Shown here: piece after piece, positions 39,101-48,630 of the stretch
Layout: every line of letters begins with the position of its first letter
Numbering within the stretch: position 1 is the first letter of the stretch
Source: a bacterium
Lineage (GTDB): Bacteria; Patescibacteriota; Saccharimonadia; Saccharimonadales; SZUA-47
NCBI GenBank assembly: GCA_030428125.1
Contig: JAUIBF010000001.1
Coordinates: 162,793-226,792 of the forward strand
Reading direction: 5' to 3'
DNA: 64,000 nt
Notes under the pieces: model-generated
Databases searched by the model: none
What the model was told of the DNA's origin: nothing
Seen by the model: the letters and a program-made list of their open reading frames with translations, nothing else
Position numbers and translations under genes: made by a program

Positions 39101-42100
39101 ATTGTTGATGTCACACTCACTGCAAGCGACGATCAATCACTAGATTACGTGGAAGTAATTTTAGATGGCTCGGTGTTAGAAACACTAACTAGCGGACCAT
39201 TTATATATTCTTGGAATACAGCAACGGTTAGCAATGGGCTTCATGATCTTTCAGCTCGAGCAGTAGATAGCTCTGGCAATGAAACATCGACCAGCACAAT
39301 AGTTGTGGATGTTCAAAATACGACGCCTCCGGTGAACGCGCTTCCTGGTTCACAGCATCTCGTGTTTGACGGCTCTAACGACCGAGTTGATCTAGGCAAT
39401 ATAGATATTCCAGGCAATCAGATGACTCTAGAGGCTTGGGTGAATAGTTCAGATTTATCTAACTGCGCAGCCAGGGATTGCCGAATCATCGCAAAGGCAA
39501 CTGGCGTAAACGATCAGGATCATTATTGGATGGTTAGTACGATCCAGGATGGTGGTAATACAGCCTTAAGATTTAGATTAAAAACCAATGGCAACACCTC
39601 TACACTAGTAAGTTCAAGCAATGTCCCCGAAAATTCTTGGGTTCACATAGCTGCGACTTACGATGGCTCAGCTATGCGTCTATATCAAGACGGAAACTTA
39701 GTGGGAACAACCTCAAAATCTGGTTCAATTACTACTGCTTCAACCGTACCAGCCTGGTTAGGTGATTCACCTGTTGGAAACCGACCATGGCAAGGTGCGA
39801 TTGATGATGTTCGTATATGGACGGTCGCAAGATCACAAGCTGAAATCAGTCAGGCTATGAACCAGGAACTTACCGGTTTAGAAGACAATCTGTTTGCTTA
39901 CTATAAACTCAACGAAGGTGGTGGCCAAACAGCAGTAGATAGTGGTTCAAATGGACTCGATGGTGTACTCGGTTCTTCGACTAACAGTGATAGTGCCGAC
40001 CCAACTTACGGAATAGAAACACCAGACGTTCAATCTCCAACCACACCACAAAACGTCGTGGTAGCAAACGCGTATTCAACCCAAATTGACCTAACCTGGG
40101 ACGAAAGCTTCGATGATCGTATCGTAGCGGGCTATATTGTTCTGAGGGACGGAGTAGAAGTTGGCAATGTAGACACGAACTCATTCACCGATATTTCGGT
40201 CAGCCCGCAGACCTCGTACAGTTACCAAATAGTAGCTTACGACGGTGCCGATAATCAGTCGGATGCTTCCAGTGCCACCAACGCTGCAACTAGTGAAGTA
40301 ATGCCAATTACTTTCAGTGGCGTTCAGGTAGATAGTGTTTCTACTGACAAAGCTACAATTTCTTGGCAAACTAACGATACGGCGTCAGGAAAGATCGAGT
40401 ACGGCATTACTACAAGCTACGGATCAGAAACTTCCGAATCTGCTAACTTGCAGGCTTCGCACACCCAGGAACTGACTGACCTAGCAGCGGACACTGTCTA
40501 TCACTTCAGGATTGTTTCTACTAACTCATCGGGCACATACACCTCAGAAGATTACACGTTTACGACTTCTGGTAATATCGTAATCGGCGGAGAATTCGGA
40601 TTCGAATACGAAACAATTAGCGACGTTAGTGGTACTGGTGGCCGAACAGCTATATCGGACATCGATGGCGATGGTTACAACGATGTCGTAGTGCACACCT
40701 GGGCAACTAACCGTGGAAACGACGATAATGGAACCCTTATTTGGTATAAATACCCAGACTGGACTCCTACAACTGTTCTGGACAATACAAATTTCTTCGG
40801 TGATGGAATAATTGCAGCCGATCTAGATGCCGATGGTGATATGGACATAATTACCTGTAAGGGTAGCGATTCCGACCCTAGTATTTACTGGTACGAAAAC
40901 CCCGGCGATGGCAGCGGTAATTGGAACGAATCTTTTGTGTTAAAAATGGAAACGGGCTCAGAAGTAAAAGATATCGAAGTCCACGACATGGATCATGACG
41001 GCAAACTGGACATAGTTGGTCGGTCTAAGCATAGAACAACAATCATGTACCAAGACAATCCTCAGTCTTGGGATGTGCGGGAAACTATTACCCAAGAACG
41101 CGAAGGTATGATGCTTGGTGATGTTGACCACGACGGGGACGAAGACATAATCATCAACGGTTGGTGGTTAGAAAACCCAGGTGTTAGAGCAACGGATCAG
41201 CTAGAAATCCACGACTTTGATTCTACCTGGAACGGGCAATCTGGTGGTAGTTTCAGGGACAACGCCGTAATGATTTCTACCGGTGACTACGATGGCGATG
41301 GCGACGAAGATTTTGCTGTTAGCCATGCCGAACATCCAGGATATACAGCAGCTTGGTACGAAGCTGTAGACCCTAAAGCTGGCGAATCAGGGTTCATCAA
41401 GCACCCAATCGCTACCGTAGATTATGGCCACAACAATGCATCAGCCGACTTTGACTTAGATGGTGACGTTGATATCTTGATCGGTACAACCACTTGGGCC
41501 GGAAGTAGCAATAAAATCTCGGTGTTCCTAAACGACGGCACTGGTGAAAACTGGACAGAACATGTAATGTGGAACACTGCAGGATATAAAGGAGTTATCG
41601 GCGACATCGATAATGACGGCGACATGGACTTTACAAGTTCCAGAAACTGGGAAACCCATCCTGTGTATGTACTTCGAAACACATCGGACCCTGTTTTTAG
41701 GCCAACCGACCCAGCTCTAGACATGTGGGAGCGACACGAAGTTGACCAAATGGCATGGCGCGGAGTTTTCGTAGAGCACGCTGACCTAGACGGAGACGGC
41801 GACGAAGATGTTGCATCTGCTGGCTGGTGGTACGAAAACCCAGGTGAATTATCAGGTCAGTGGATCGAACACACCATCGGTTCACCACTAAATAACTTAG
41901 GCGCAATTTACGACTTTGATGGCGATGGCGACATGGATATCCTAGGAACAGAGGGCCAAGGTTCGACATCTAACCGTAACCTTGTTTGGGCCGAAAACGA
42001 TGGCAGCGGTAACTTTACAGTCAGGACAAACATTAACACTGGCGGAAGTGGAGACTTCTTGCAAGGTGTGGCTGTCGATAGATTTACCGATGCCGGTCCT

Positions 42101-43918
42101 CTGCAAGTTGCCATGTCCTGGCACAACGGTGGCGGTGGAGTTCAAATGCTTACCGTACCGTCTAATCCAAGTACTGAGCAATGGACCTGGCAGCAAATTT
42201 CATCGACTACTCAGGGCGAGCAGTTAACAGCTGGCGACATCGATCAAGATGGCGACCGCGACTTGTTGCTGGGAACAATCTGGCTGGAAAACAATTCCGG
42301 TGTCTGGACACCACACGTAATGTACGAACCAAGTGGCATAGATAACACACCAGACAGAAGTCGCCTAGCAGACATGAACGGCGACGGCAGGCTAGATGCC
42401 GTTGTGGGCTTCGAAGCCATAAGTATCCCTGGCCGCTTGGCATGGTACGAACAACCCGCCGACCCAACCGGAACATGGACAGAGCACATAATTGACGAAA
42501 CAATCATCGGCCCAATGAGTCTGGATGTATTAGATATGGACTACGACGGCGATATCGAAGTGGTCGCTGGCGAACATAACCTAGCCAACACTTCTGCCGC
42601 AAGGCTGTTCGTTTACGAAAATATCAACGGTGACTCTACTGAGTGGACTCAGCATGTTGTATATACTGGTGACGAACACCACGACGGCGCACAAATAGCC
42701 GACCTAGATAATGATGGCGATTACGACATTGTATCGATTGGTTGGGGTGCAAGGCGTGTTACGGTTTACGAAAACACTACCCCCGTAGCAGGAGCTTGGT
42801 GGAGTGACGCCCACAGCTTCCGTTTGCCACTAACATTTTCACCAGATGACCAACAGCGACAAGATTACGTTGTCGAGACGAACCTTAACTTTACCGACCA
42901 ATTTAATCAGGCGAACTCTCCTGGCGCATTAATAGAAGATTCTATAAGGGTTGTAGAAACAGACGAAAACGGCTTTGTAATTAACAGCTCAGTGGCGCAT
43001 CAGTTCATCCCAAGCAGCGATTATGATGCTTCAACTAACGCAGCTGGAACATTAGCGCTTCTGCTGCCTGGTGTAACCAGTGCCGATGAATCCAGATACT
43101 TTGATGTTTACTTCGATCACAGTGGAGCTTTCCCAGCTATAAACTTCACAGATTTGGTTTCAGTAACCGACGATGTTCAGGACGAAGGTCAAGCAAGTTT
43201 CGAGGTAGTTACACCAAATGCAACTTGGTTGTACCAAAAAGATGCCGGTGGATTCTCTAGCATCATTGATTCTGACGGTAACGACTGGATAGGCTACAGC
43301 ACGGCAACTGGGTCTGCCGGAGAATTCAGGGGTATCCCTAACCTGGTTTACCCAGAAGGTCAGTTCCATCCAGGTGCAACCGGTTCAACTTCAACCCTGG
43401 TTACAGATGGCCCGCTTAAGACAACCATCCATACCACCACAAATGACGATGCTTGGGAAGCTTACTGGCACATTTACCCAACACATGCACAGCTCCAGGT
43501 TGTAAAAACAAATCACAGCTATTGGTTCTTGTACGAAGGTACACCTGGCGGCCAGCTAGATTACACTAACGATTCCGTAACACTATCAAATGGCCAAGTT
43601 TACGGAGCCGATCAAACCTTCCACTTTGATTTCGATGGCGAAGAATGGGCGTACGTTAGCGATGCAGCCGTCAACCGATCTATATTCCTAGTACATCACG
43701 AAGACGATAACGAGATTGATGGATACCGGCCAATGAACAATCAAATGACTGTTTTTGGATTTGGACGCGGCGCCGGAACTGCAACCTACATGGATAATAC
43801 TCCCCAACACTTTAGTGTAGGGCTAATGGACTTAGTCGATTACCAAAACGGAAGCGAAGTTGTTCGGGGTTCCTTCTATCAATATTCAATTACGAATAGT
43901 CCAGTAGAATCAAGGTAG
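36146..43918 (+). CDS. Giant (about 2590-2609 aa) secreted multidomain surface protein. It has 3 LamG/ConA-like modules, FN3 and Ig-like domains, about 13 FG-GAP/VCBS repeats (two beta-propellers) and a C-terminal domain. GTG start with an AGGAGG RBS; the alternative ATG is at 36089.
   Basis: Three paralogous modules each contain LTLEAW..DCRI..HYWM.STI..RFRLKT..W.H.AATYDG..R.Y.NG...DDVRIW..AR.Q.EI. FN3-like ..VNLDWD.S.D...V..Y.V.R.. segments. Repeats of D.D.DGD.D at 40660-42730. Confidence 0.85.
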   Translation: MLRLLNVFTNGGVKKIAFVAILLVTLSVPALIFGQGSFLNTPHLSFDGSNDKVDLQNLDISGSALTLEVNFNSSDLDNCGSYLDCRIISKSVGTADQDHYWMLSTIKNSSNQAVLRFRLKTGSSTSTLIASSAVVNENEWNHVAATYDGSMMRLYLNGNEVGSAPKSGNLATNSSVNAYIGNNPVTSKPFEGLIDDVRIWNIARTQSEISDSREAELTGSESGLVGYWRFNEGEGQFAHDSSGNLNDGILGDAVSVDSADPVWLNLAADVEPPTQVTNVTADVISSNQVNLDWDVSSDDRAVTQYVVERNQVEIAAVSSNDFVDTGLSELTTYEYVIYAEDEAGNRSVGSEAISVQTPVAPDTEAPTVPQNLQAVEVNESQVDLAWEESTDNVSVTHYNVLRDGALLETIVAANTYTDLTVTPGVTYTYAVNAVDAAGNTSADSNTVQTLIPTPPDNDPPTTPQNLQIVSSTDEEVNLDWDDSTDNVVVLRYLVVRDGVQIAEAPNSSFTDTEFTIGVEHTYEVYAEDASSNISAVSNQVSVTVLDTTNPELEIVNPTSGQYLTGTIALHADATDNVAVDYVRISIDDVEVHTAFDAPFTFDWDSTTVPDGEHTISFEAFDTSGNSNLASSTHTVINDFSAVPLPGGQHVVFDGNNDRINLGALEVGSNSLTLEAWFRSDDLGNCSSNDCRILTKASGVNTNDHTWMLSTIKSGSSTNMRFRLKTNGSTETLISNQNVPESEWVHVAATYDGSQMRIYQNGQLVGQQNETGSITSEPSKQAWIGSSPNSGLRPWLGEVDDVRIWNVARSQQEIADNMNYELTGVEDGLFAYYKLNEGGGQLAYDATGNQSNGIIGSTDQVDDNDPAWGLEAPDTEAPSSPGNLQSGSVTDNSFTLDWQASTDNVAVTAYEVVIDGVVREVIGTQTSYLVDSLQPSTEYIALVRAYDAAGNLSSDSNQVIVTTTTPDTTAPVVSIDSPLDSAELTGIVDVTLTASDDQSLDYVEVILDGSVLETLTSGPFIYSWNTATVSNGLHDLSARAVDSSGNETSTSTIVVDVQNTTPPVNALPGSQHLVFDGSNDRVDLGNIDIPGNQMTLEAWVNSSDLSNCAARDCRIIAKATGVNDQDHYWMVSTIQDGGNTALRFRLKTNGNTSTLVSSSNVPENSWVHIAATYDGSAMRLYQDGNLVGTTSKSGSITTASTVPAWLGDSPVGNRPWQGAIDDVRIWTVARSQAEISQAMNQELTGLEDNLFAYYKLNEGGGQTAVDSGSNGLDGVLGSSTNSDSADPTYGIETPDVQSPTTPQNVVVANAYSTQIDLTWDESFDDRIVAGYIVLRDGVEVGNVDTNSFTDISVSPQTSYSYQIVAYDGADNQSDASSATNAATSEVMPITFSGVQVDSVSTDKATISWQTNDTASGKIEYGITTSYGSETSESANLQASHTQELTDLAADTVYHFRIVSTNSSGTYTSEDYTFTTSGNIVIGGEFGFEYETISDVSGTGGRTAISDIDGDGYNDVVVHTWATNRGNDDNGTLIWYKYPDWTPTTVLDNTNFFGDGIIAADLDADGDMDIITCKGSDSDPSIYWYENPGDGSGNWNESFVLKMETGSEVKDIEVHDMDHDGKLDIVGRSKHRTTIMYQDNPQSWDVRETITQEREGMMLGDVDHDGDEDIIINGWWLENPGVRATDQLEIHDFDSTWNGQSGGSFRDNAVMISTGDYDGDGDEDFAVSHAEHPGYTAAWYEAVDPKAGESGFIKHPIATVDYGHNNASADFDLDGDVDILIGTTTWAGSSNKISVFLNDGTGENWTEHVMWNTAGYKGVIGDIDNDGDMDFTSSRNWETHPVYVLRNTSDPVFRPTDPALDMWERHEVDQMAWRGVFVEHADLDGDGDEDVASAGWWYENPGELSGQWIEHTIGSPLNNLGAIYDFDGDGDMDILGTEGQGSTSNRNLVWAENDGSGNFTVRTNINTGGSGDFLQGVAVDRFTDAGPLQVAMSWHNGGGGVQMLTVPSNPSTEQWTWQQISSTTQGEQLTAGDIDQDGDRDLLLGTIWLENNSGVWTPHVMYEPSGIDNTPDRSRLADMNGDGRLDAVVGFEAISIPGRLAWYEQPADPTGTWTEHIIDETIIGPMSLDVLDMDYDGDIEVVAGEHNLANTSAARLFVYENINGDSTEWTQHVVYTGDEHHDGAQIADLDNDGDYDIVSIGWGARRVTVYENTTPVAGAWWSDAHSFRLPLTFSPDDQQRQDYVVETNLNFTDQFNQANSPGALIEDSIRVVETDENGFVINSSVAHQFIPSSDYDASTNAAGTLALLLPGVTSADESRYFDVYFDHSGAFPAINFTDLVSVTDDVQDEGQASFEVVTPNATWLYQKDAGGFSSIIDSDGNDWIGYSTATGSAGEFRGIPNLVYPEGQFHPGATGSTSTLVTDGPLKTTIHTTTNDDAWEAYWHIYPTHAQLQVVKTNHSYWFLYEGTPGGQLDYTNDSVTLSNGQVYGADQTFHFDFDGEEWAYVSDAAVNRSIFLVHHEDDNEIDGYRPMNNQMTVFGFGRGAGTATYMDNTPQHFSVGLMDLVDYQNGSEVVRGSFYQYSITNSPVESR

Positions 43919-43923
43919 TACGT

Positions 43924-43966
43924 GCTAGCTGACCAGCTAGCCGCCTCTTCTACTTTTTTGGGATAA
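43924..43966 (+). terminator. Weak candidate terminator: gctagct-gacc-agctagc hairpin with a T-tract 12 nt downstream.
   Basis: Seen in the sequence. Confidence 0.3.
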
Positions 43967-43995
43967 CTCTCGCAAGGCTGAACTAGTATTACTTA

Positions 43996-44562
43996 CTACT
44001 TCATCTTTACAGAAATACCCGGAGTAAGTGTTTGAGGTTGTAGAACTTGTACTTTGAACATAATTCGGTTCGGATTGAGCTTCTTCGCTAAAAAGTTGGG
44101 CTCAACAAAAAGTACGTTGTCGATTAGAGATATCGACTTTAACTTGCCCTTCAAAACACCAGGCTTGTATTTACTGAACCTAACTTTTCCAGTATTGGAG
44201 TCGTAATAACACGCCTCAAAGCTACTATCATTAAGCCTGGTTAGGCTAATTTTTCTGTTCACGAATCTTCTTTCTGCCTCTTCTTGTAGTGCGTATAATT
44301 TGGGTTTTATAGATTTATCAATCTGTTGTGACTGAGCTTTACTTAGGTGAACATTAATGCTCTCCTTAGCAATTTGGTTTAAGGCTTCGGGTGGAATGTT
44401 TTCTGCGGATGTATAGTGATTACCTTCCCCGTAGCGTTTAATATTCTCGATTAATTGTTTTTCGGAGTAATCAACAGCCGCTTGGGCATTCAGTAATGCA
44501 GAGTAATTTGTAATAGCATCTATGAAGTATTGAAGCAAATCTTTATCATTTTGCTTTGTCAT
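43996..44562 (-). CDS. Hypothetical protein, downstream of capA in the same operon.
   Basis: ORF only. Confidence 0.45.
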   Translation of the reverse strand: MTKQNDKDLLQYFIDAITNYSALLNAQAAVDYSEKQLIENIKRYGEGNHYTSAENIPPEALNQIAKESINVHLSKAQSQQIDKSIKPKLYALQEEAERRFVNRKISLTRLNDSSFEACYYDSNTGKVRFSKYKPGVLKGKLKSISLIDNVLFVEPNFLAKKLNPNRIMFKVQVLQPQTLTPGISVKMK

Positions 44563-44571
44563 GTTTACATT

Positions 44572-46194
44572 TTACTCCCTAGCGTCATGTAAACGAGTAA
44601 GAATGTATTCAGTTTCCTCGGCTGTCATAACTCTTGTCTGTAAATCTTTGTCATAAATAGTAGGCGTAATCTTAGTCTGAAGCAAAGTTCCGTTTTTAAA
44701 GTAGTTAGTAAGTACCAATCCACGTTCAGTTCCAGGCCATTGTGTTTGCTCGAAGTATAGGTTGCCTAGTCCGTAGTAAATCGGTTTACCTTGATATAGT
44801 TCGTAAGTCTGTGGCTGATGGGCAGAGCTACCGATCACCATATCAGCTCCGGCATCCACAATTGCTTTAAACACAGCTTCCTGCTCGCCGACAGGTAAGT
44901 CACACTCAGGGTATTCGATGTAGCCATTTGGATATGCGTAACATTCCCAATACTGAACGTTGACGATTACAAAGTCAGAACTTTGCTTTGCTGACTCTAT
45001 GTCGGTTTTTAGTGATTCGTAAGCAAAGTCGAATGGATTCGCGCCTGCTTTTTTGGGACCTGCAATCGCCCCCCCATTTGGTGAGTCAGGGTAGTTGTAT
45101 GCTAGAAACGCGATTTTGGAGCCTTCTTGATCTGCGATATAAGGTTTTGCAGCTTCTTCTGAGTTTAAGCCTCCACCGATAGTTGCCCAGCCAAGTTCAT
45201 GGTATTGGTTTATAGTATCTGTATTGGCCTGAGCGCCTAAATCATTATTGTGATTCCCGGTTAGTTCAACAATATCGACACCACTAGCTTTTAGGGTTTC
45301 GATGAATTCTGGGTGAGAACAGAACAGTGTGCGACTATATGAACAAGGCTCCAAGAACGAGACCTCGTTTGATACGTGTGTCAAGTCGGCGTCACTCAGA
45401 AAATCTCCTATTTTTTCACTGAAATATAGTGGGTCCTTAACGACGGCTAACTTTTTCTGCATCTCACGTGTTAAGGCAGTAACACCGGTCATATTTACCT
45501 TCAGAACACCATTTGCGTTTAGGTCGTCATTTAGGTCCAGCGAGTCTAAATCGCCAGCTCCTTCGCCTTCGAAAACAACAACCTTAAAGAGCGCTCCAGA
45601 AATAAAGTCGTCAAGGTAGTATGAGTCATTGTAAGCTAAAAGTTTACTGTCGTAGGTAAGGGCAGAGGCGGGAATAAAACTCACCTCCTCAATCGGTAAT
45701 TCAGTGTCCGACTCGAGGCGTGAGACATCTGTCTGAAAATGTTCTGCTAGTAGTTCCACGTCTTGTGAAGGGAGAGAGTCTAATGCCGAGAAGTTTGAAG
45801 TACCTAACTCTTCATCGGAAGTTGCCTGCATTACAGAGTTGAAGTTTGTTACAGGAACCAAGACAGTCAGGATATCGTCAGTTTCATCCACGCGACTTCT
45901 CAACTCTCCTCGAGCAGTTACCGGTGAGTTAATCTCGATAAAATTTTCAGCAATAGATTGTTCTATAAATGAAACATCCTCAGGACTTAGGGTTGCATCA
46001 AAAGCAAGCTGGTTTTCAATCTTCTCTTCAATGGTTTCAGTTTGGAAAAACTGTAAATACCCAATAAACCCCAGGACGCCCACTAACAGTAAGCCCAAAA
46101 CTATGTTTAAGGATTTTAGTTTCTTACTTCCTGCTACTTGCTGATCACCAACTCTGTATTCCACTGCAATTATAATACCATCCACGATCAGCAA
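44572..46194 (-). CDS. capA: CapA/PgsA-family metallophosphatase-like protein (PGA_cap), membrane anchored.
   Basis: GNHNNDLG, DFVIVNVQYW and GADMVIGSSAHQPQTYELYQGKPIYYGLGNLYFEQ match the CapA family pattern. N-terminal TM. Confidence 0.65.
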   Translation of the reverse strand: MLIVDGIIIAVEYRVGDQQVAGSKKLKSLNIVLGLLLVGVLGFIGYLQFFQTETIEEKIENQLAFDATLSPEDVSFIEQSIAENFIEINSPVTARGELRSRVDETDDILTVLVPVTNFNSVMQATSDEELGTSNFSALDSLPSQDVELLAEHFQTDVSRLESDTELPIEEVSFIPASALTYDSKLLAYNDSYYLDDFISGALFKVVVFEGEGAGDLDSLDLNDDLNANGVLKVNMTGVTALTREMQKKLAVVKDPLYFSEKIGDFLSDADLTHVSNEVSFLEPCSYSRTLFCSHPEFIETLKASGVDIVELTGNHNNDLGAQANTDTINQYHELGWATIGGGLNSEEAAKPYIADQEGSKIAFLAYNYPDSPNGGAIAGPKKAGANPFDFAYESLKTDIESAKQSSDFVIVNVQYWECYAYPNGYIEYPECDLPVGEQEAVFKAIVDAGADMVIGSSAHQPQTYELYQGKPIYYGLGNLYFEQTQWPGTERGLVLTNYFKNGTLLQTKITPTIYDKDLQTRVMTAEETEYILTRLHDARE

Positions 46195-46227
46195 TACTCT
46201 TATGAATATGTGGTTTAAAATGTATAT

Positions 46228-46674
46228 ATGAGACTAGATTACGAAAGCGAGTTCGAGCCAGAATTATCACCCAAAGAAATGCTTAAACTAGGGGTGTTCA
46301 ATGGCAGCTACTTTAACGCAAATGAAAGAGAAGAGTTCCCAAAAGACTGGTTTGTAGGCGCACGTACTTCAGCTGATGGTAGGCCTGATAAGAAACTAAA
46401 CTATTTTGAAGTCTCAGCCTCGCAACCACTGAGAGTTTGGCAAGAAAAAGGCTGGATAAATCCAGTCGATCCTCTAGGATGGTTCCAGTGGTATTGCCGT
46501 TATTATCAGGGCAGAAGGTTAGGAGAAGAAGACATTAGGCAGATAAAACGCTGGAAAGCTATGAAAAGGCACATTGCTCAAATTAAAAAAGGTTGTTACC
46601 CCGGAGATTTAACTTGTAGACAAAAGCAGCGCCAGGCACTTCTTCACTGGGCATACGATAGTCGGAAAATTTAA
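46228..46674 (+). CDS. Hypothetical protein.
   Basis: ORF only. Confidence 0.45.
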   Translation: MRLDYESEFEPELSPKEMLKLGVFNGSYFNANEREEFPKDWFVGARTSADGRPDKKLNYFEVSASQPLRVWQEKGWINPVDPLGWFQWYCRYYQGRRLGEEDIRQIKRWKAMKRHIAQIKKGCYPGDLTCRQKQRQALLHWAYDSRKI

Positions 46675-46720
46675 TTTAAATCCACCAGCGCTTAAGCTTA
46701 TAGTATAGTTAGAGATTACT

Positions 46721-47446
46721 ATGCCGAAAGCCAAGAACTATAAATTCAAACTAAAATCTAAAAAGATACAAGTTGTCGCCGACAAGGTATTGTTGCTTAG
46801 AATGATGCGCCGACTGCATGGTCGGTTTTGGGGTATATTTGGATTAATTATGCTCGAGCTTGGCTTACTAGTCTGTTTTCTAATCAGACCGGAGCTAAGA
46901 AGCTTGTCTACGGCATTTAGTGATTTTGGAACAGATATTCAAACAGCACCGTTCTTTATCGGAGGAGTTTTTGCTGCTGCATATGGGATGTGGAGGTGGC
47001 GGAATTACGTTTCGAGAACCTTTAAAAATCCAGGAATAATTACGTTACTGATCACTCTCATTATCATCGGGTTGTATATGATCGTTTTCATGCCGGTTGG
47101 CATAAACGACACCATTGATAGAATGCATTATTTAGGTTTTGCAATTGCAGGTGCAGGCATGGCTCTGACGGTATTAGTAGATTTGATTTTACGAAAAACC
47201 AGAAAGGGTAAACACTACCGTAAATGGCAAGTCTTGAGACTAATCTCCCTAGGGTTTATAATTATCGGCCTTACGATAACACTACTTTCAGCAGAGCGAT
47301 TTGATTTTGATATGGACATCTCTTTGGTTGGTGAGTCTATGTTGTTAGTCGGGTTTGGTATGTGGGTGATGATAAAGACCTACCAAGGTGAGGGAGCTCG
47401 CTCTAATATATCCAAGATGATAAATAAAGTACTAATTATCCAGTAA
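46721..47446 (+). CDS. Integral membrane protein (about 6 TM).
   Basis: Hydropathy only. Confidence 0.5.
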   Translation: MPKAKNYKFKLKSKKIQVVADKVLLLRMMRRLHGRFWGIFGLIMLELGLLVCFLIRPELRSLSTAFSDFGTDIQTAPFFIGGVFAAAYGMWRWRNYVSRTFKNPGIITLLITLIIIGLYMIVFMPVGINDTIDRMHYLGFAIAGAGMALTVLVDLILRKTRKGKHYRKWQVLRLISLGFIIIGLTITLLSAERFDFDMDISLVGESMLLVGFGMWVMIKTYQGEGARSNISKMINKVLIIQ

Positions 47447-47508
47447 TTTTTTGCGCTGAAATCACTTTTGGGGCATACTAGTAGTTACAAGTAAAGAGGG
47501 AGAAGCTT

Positions 47509-48303
47509 ATGTCATTTGACGAAGTCGTTGACAGCATAGGAGATTCATTCGAAGACCTAGCTGGACGAACTGCTGACTACCTGCCGAAATTTTTAGGTGC
47601 GCTAGCCGTACTCGTTGTCGGTCTGATAGTCGCGAAAATCTTAGCAAAAATTGTTGGTCGATTGGTCGACTGGATTGAAAATACCAAAATATATCAAAAA
47701 TTGATGAATCAAGCGAAGCTCAAAGTAAAATTCGCAAAAGTGCTAGAGAAGATTACGTACTGGGTAGTTTTGGTAATCTTCATTTCTGCATCAGTGCATG
47801 TCCTGGGACTAGAAGTTCTAACAGAGACTTTTGATGACCTGCTAGGATTTGTGCCACTGGCGCTGTCTGCAGCATTAATTGTAGGTGTGTCTATTTGGGG
47901 TGGACGTGTTCTGCAAGACTTGGTCGTTACCACTGTTGATCAGTCAAGAATTGACAGCAAGTATCAAAACCTACTAGGTGGGATCACCTACGTAGCAGTG
48001 CTGGTATTTGGTGCAACAATCGCACTGAGTCAACTAGGGTTTGATACCACGATTATTACCACAAACGTAACTGTAATATTCGGTGGATTTGCACTAGCTG
48101 CGGCTATTGCATTTGGCTTGGGTTCCAAATCAGTTGCTGGTAGTTTAGTTGCTGGTATGTACGCAAAAAACGACGTCAAGAAAGGACAAAAACTTTCTGT
48201 CGGAGATGTACATGGAACAGTTAAGTCTGTTGGAGCAACATCTGTAACTTTGGACACCAAAGACGGAGACGTTGTAGTAAGTTATAGCAAACTAATGAGA
48301 TAA
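47509..48303 (+). CDS. mscS: Small-conductance mechanosensitive channel (MscS family).
   Basis: 3 TM helices followed by a beta-domain with GQKLSVGDVHGTVKSVGATSVTLDTKDGDVVVSYSKLM (MscS signature-like). RBS gagggag. Confidence 0.6.
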   Translation: MSFDEVVDSIGDSFEDLAGRTADYLPKFLGALAVLVVGLIVAKILAKIVGRLVDWIENTKIYQKLMNQAKLKVKFAKVLEKITYWVVLVIFISASVHVLGLEVLTETFDDLLGFVPLALSAALIVGVSIWGGRVLQDLVVTTVDQSRIDSKYQNLLGGITYVAVLVFGATIALSQLGFDTTIITTNVTVIFGGFALAAAIAFGLGSKSVAGSLVAGMYAKNDVKKGQKLSVGDVHGTVKSVGATSVTLDTKDGDVVVSYSKLMR

Positions 48304-48326
48304 ACAGTCTCTAGCTTTAACAAAAA

Positions 48327-48356
48327 GGTCGCTGAAAAAAATCAGCGGCCTTTTTA
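48327..48356 (+). terminator. Rho-independent terminator.
   Basis: ggtcgctga-aaaaaaa-tcagcggcc followed by ttttt. Confidence 0.65.
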
Positions 48357-48400
48357 AATCGGAGTTAAATCAGTGTTAAATCGGATTTAAATCCGATTTC
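48352..48400. repeat. Palindromic TTAAATC-repeat element, copy A. It contains aaatcggatttaaatccgattt.
   Basis: Four TTAAATC-like heptamers are spaced about 11 bp apart. An inverted, shorter copy lies at 61120-61168. Confidence 0.6.
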
Positions 48401-48452
48401 GTGTTAAGATAATTATATCTGTTAACATAAGGTTTTTGAGAAGGGGTGTAAG

Positions 48453-48629
48453 ATGGGTGTACGTAAAGCCGGCGAACAGTCTGTGCGAAATATCACACAA
48501 AATAAAACAGGAACTTATTCAGTAACATTACCAATTGAATACGTACGTGAGCTTAAATGGCAACAGGGCCAAAAAGTAGTTGTGAGTTTACGCGGCAATA
48601 AACTCGTAGTAGAAGACTGGAAGAAATAA
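48453..48629 (+). CDS. AbrB/MazE-like (SpoVT-AbrB swapped-hairpin) small DNA-binding protein, 58 aa. Not in the ORF track.
   Basis: MGVRKAGEQSVRNITQNKTGTYSVTLPIEYVRELKWQQGQKVVVSLRGNKLVVEDWKK. The pattern xxVTLPxExxxxLxxxxGxxVxV is typical of AbrB-type domains. RBS gagaagggg. Confidence 0.45.
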   Translation: MGVRKAGEQSVRNITQNKTGTYSVTLPIEYVRELKWQQGQKVVVSLRGNKLVVEDWKK

Positions 48630-48630
48630 G

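Noticed and set aside
37203-43369. Several 60-100 aa antisense or alternative-frame ORFs inside the giant gene.
   Set aside because: They are embedded in a continuous 7.8 kb ORF with clear domain structure. Spurious.
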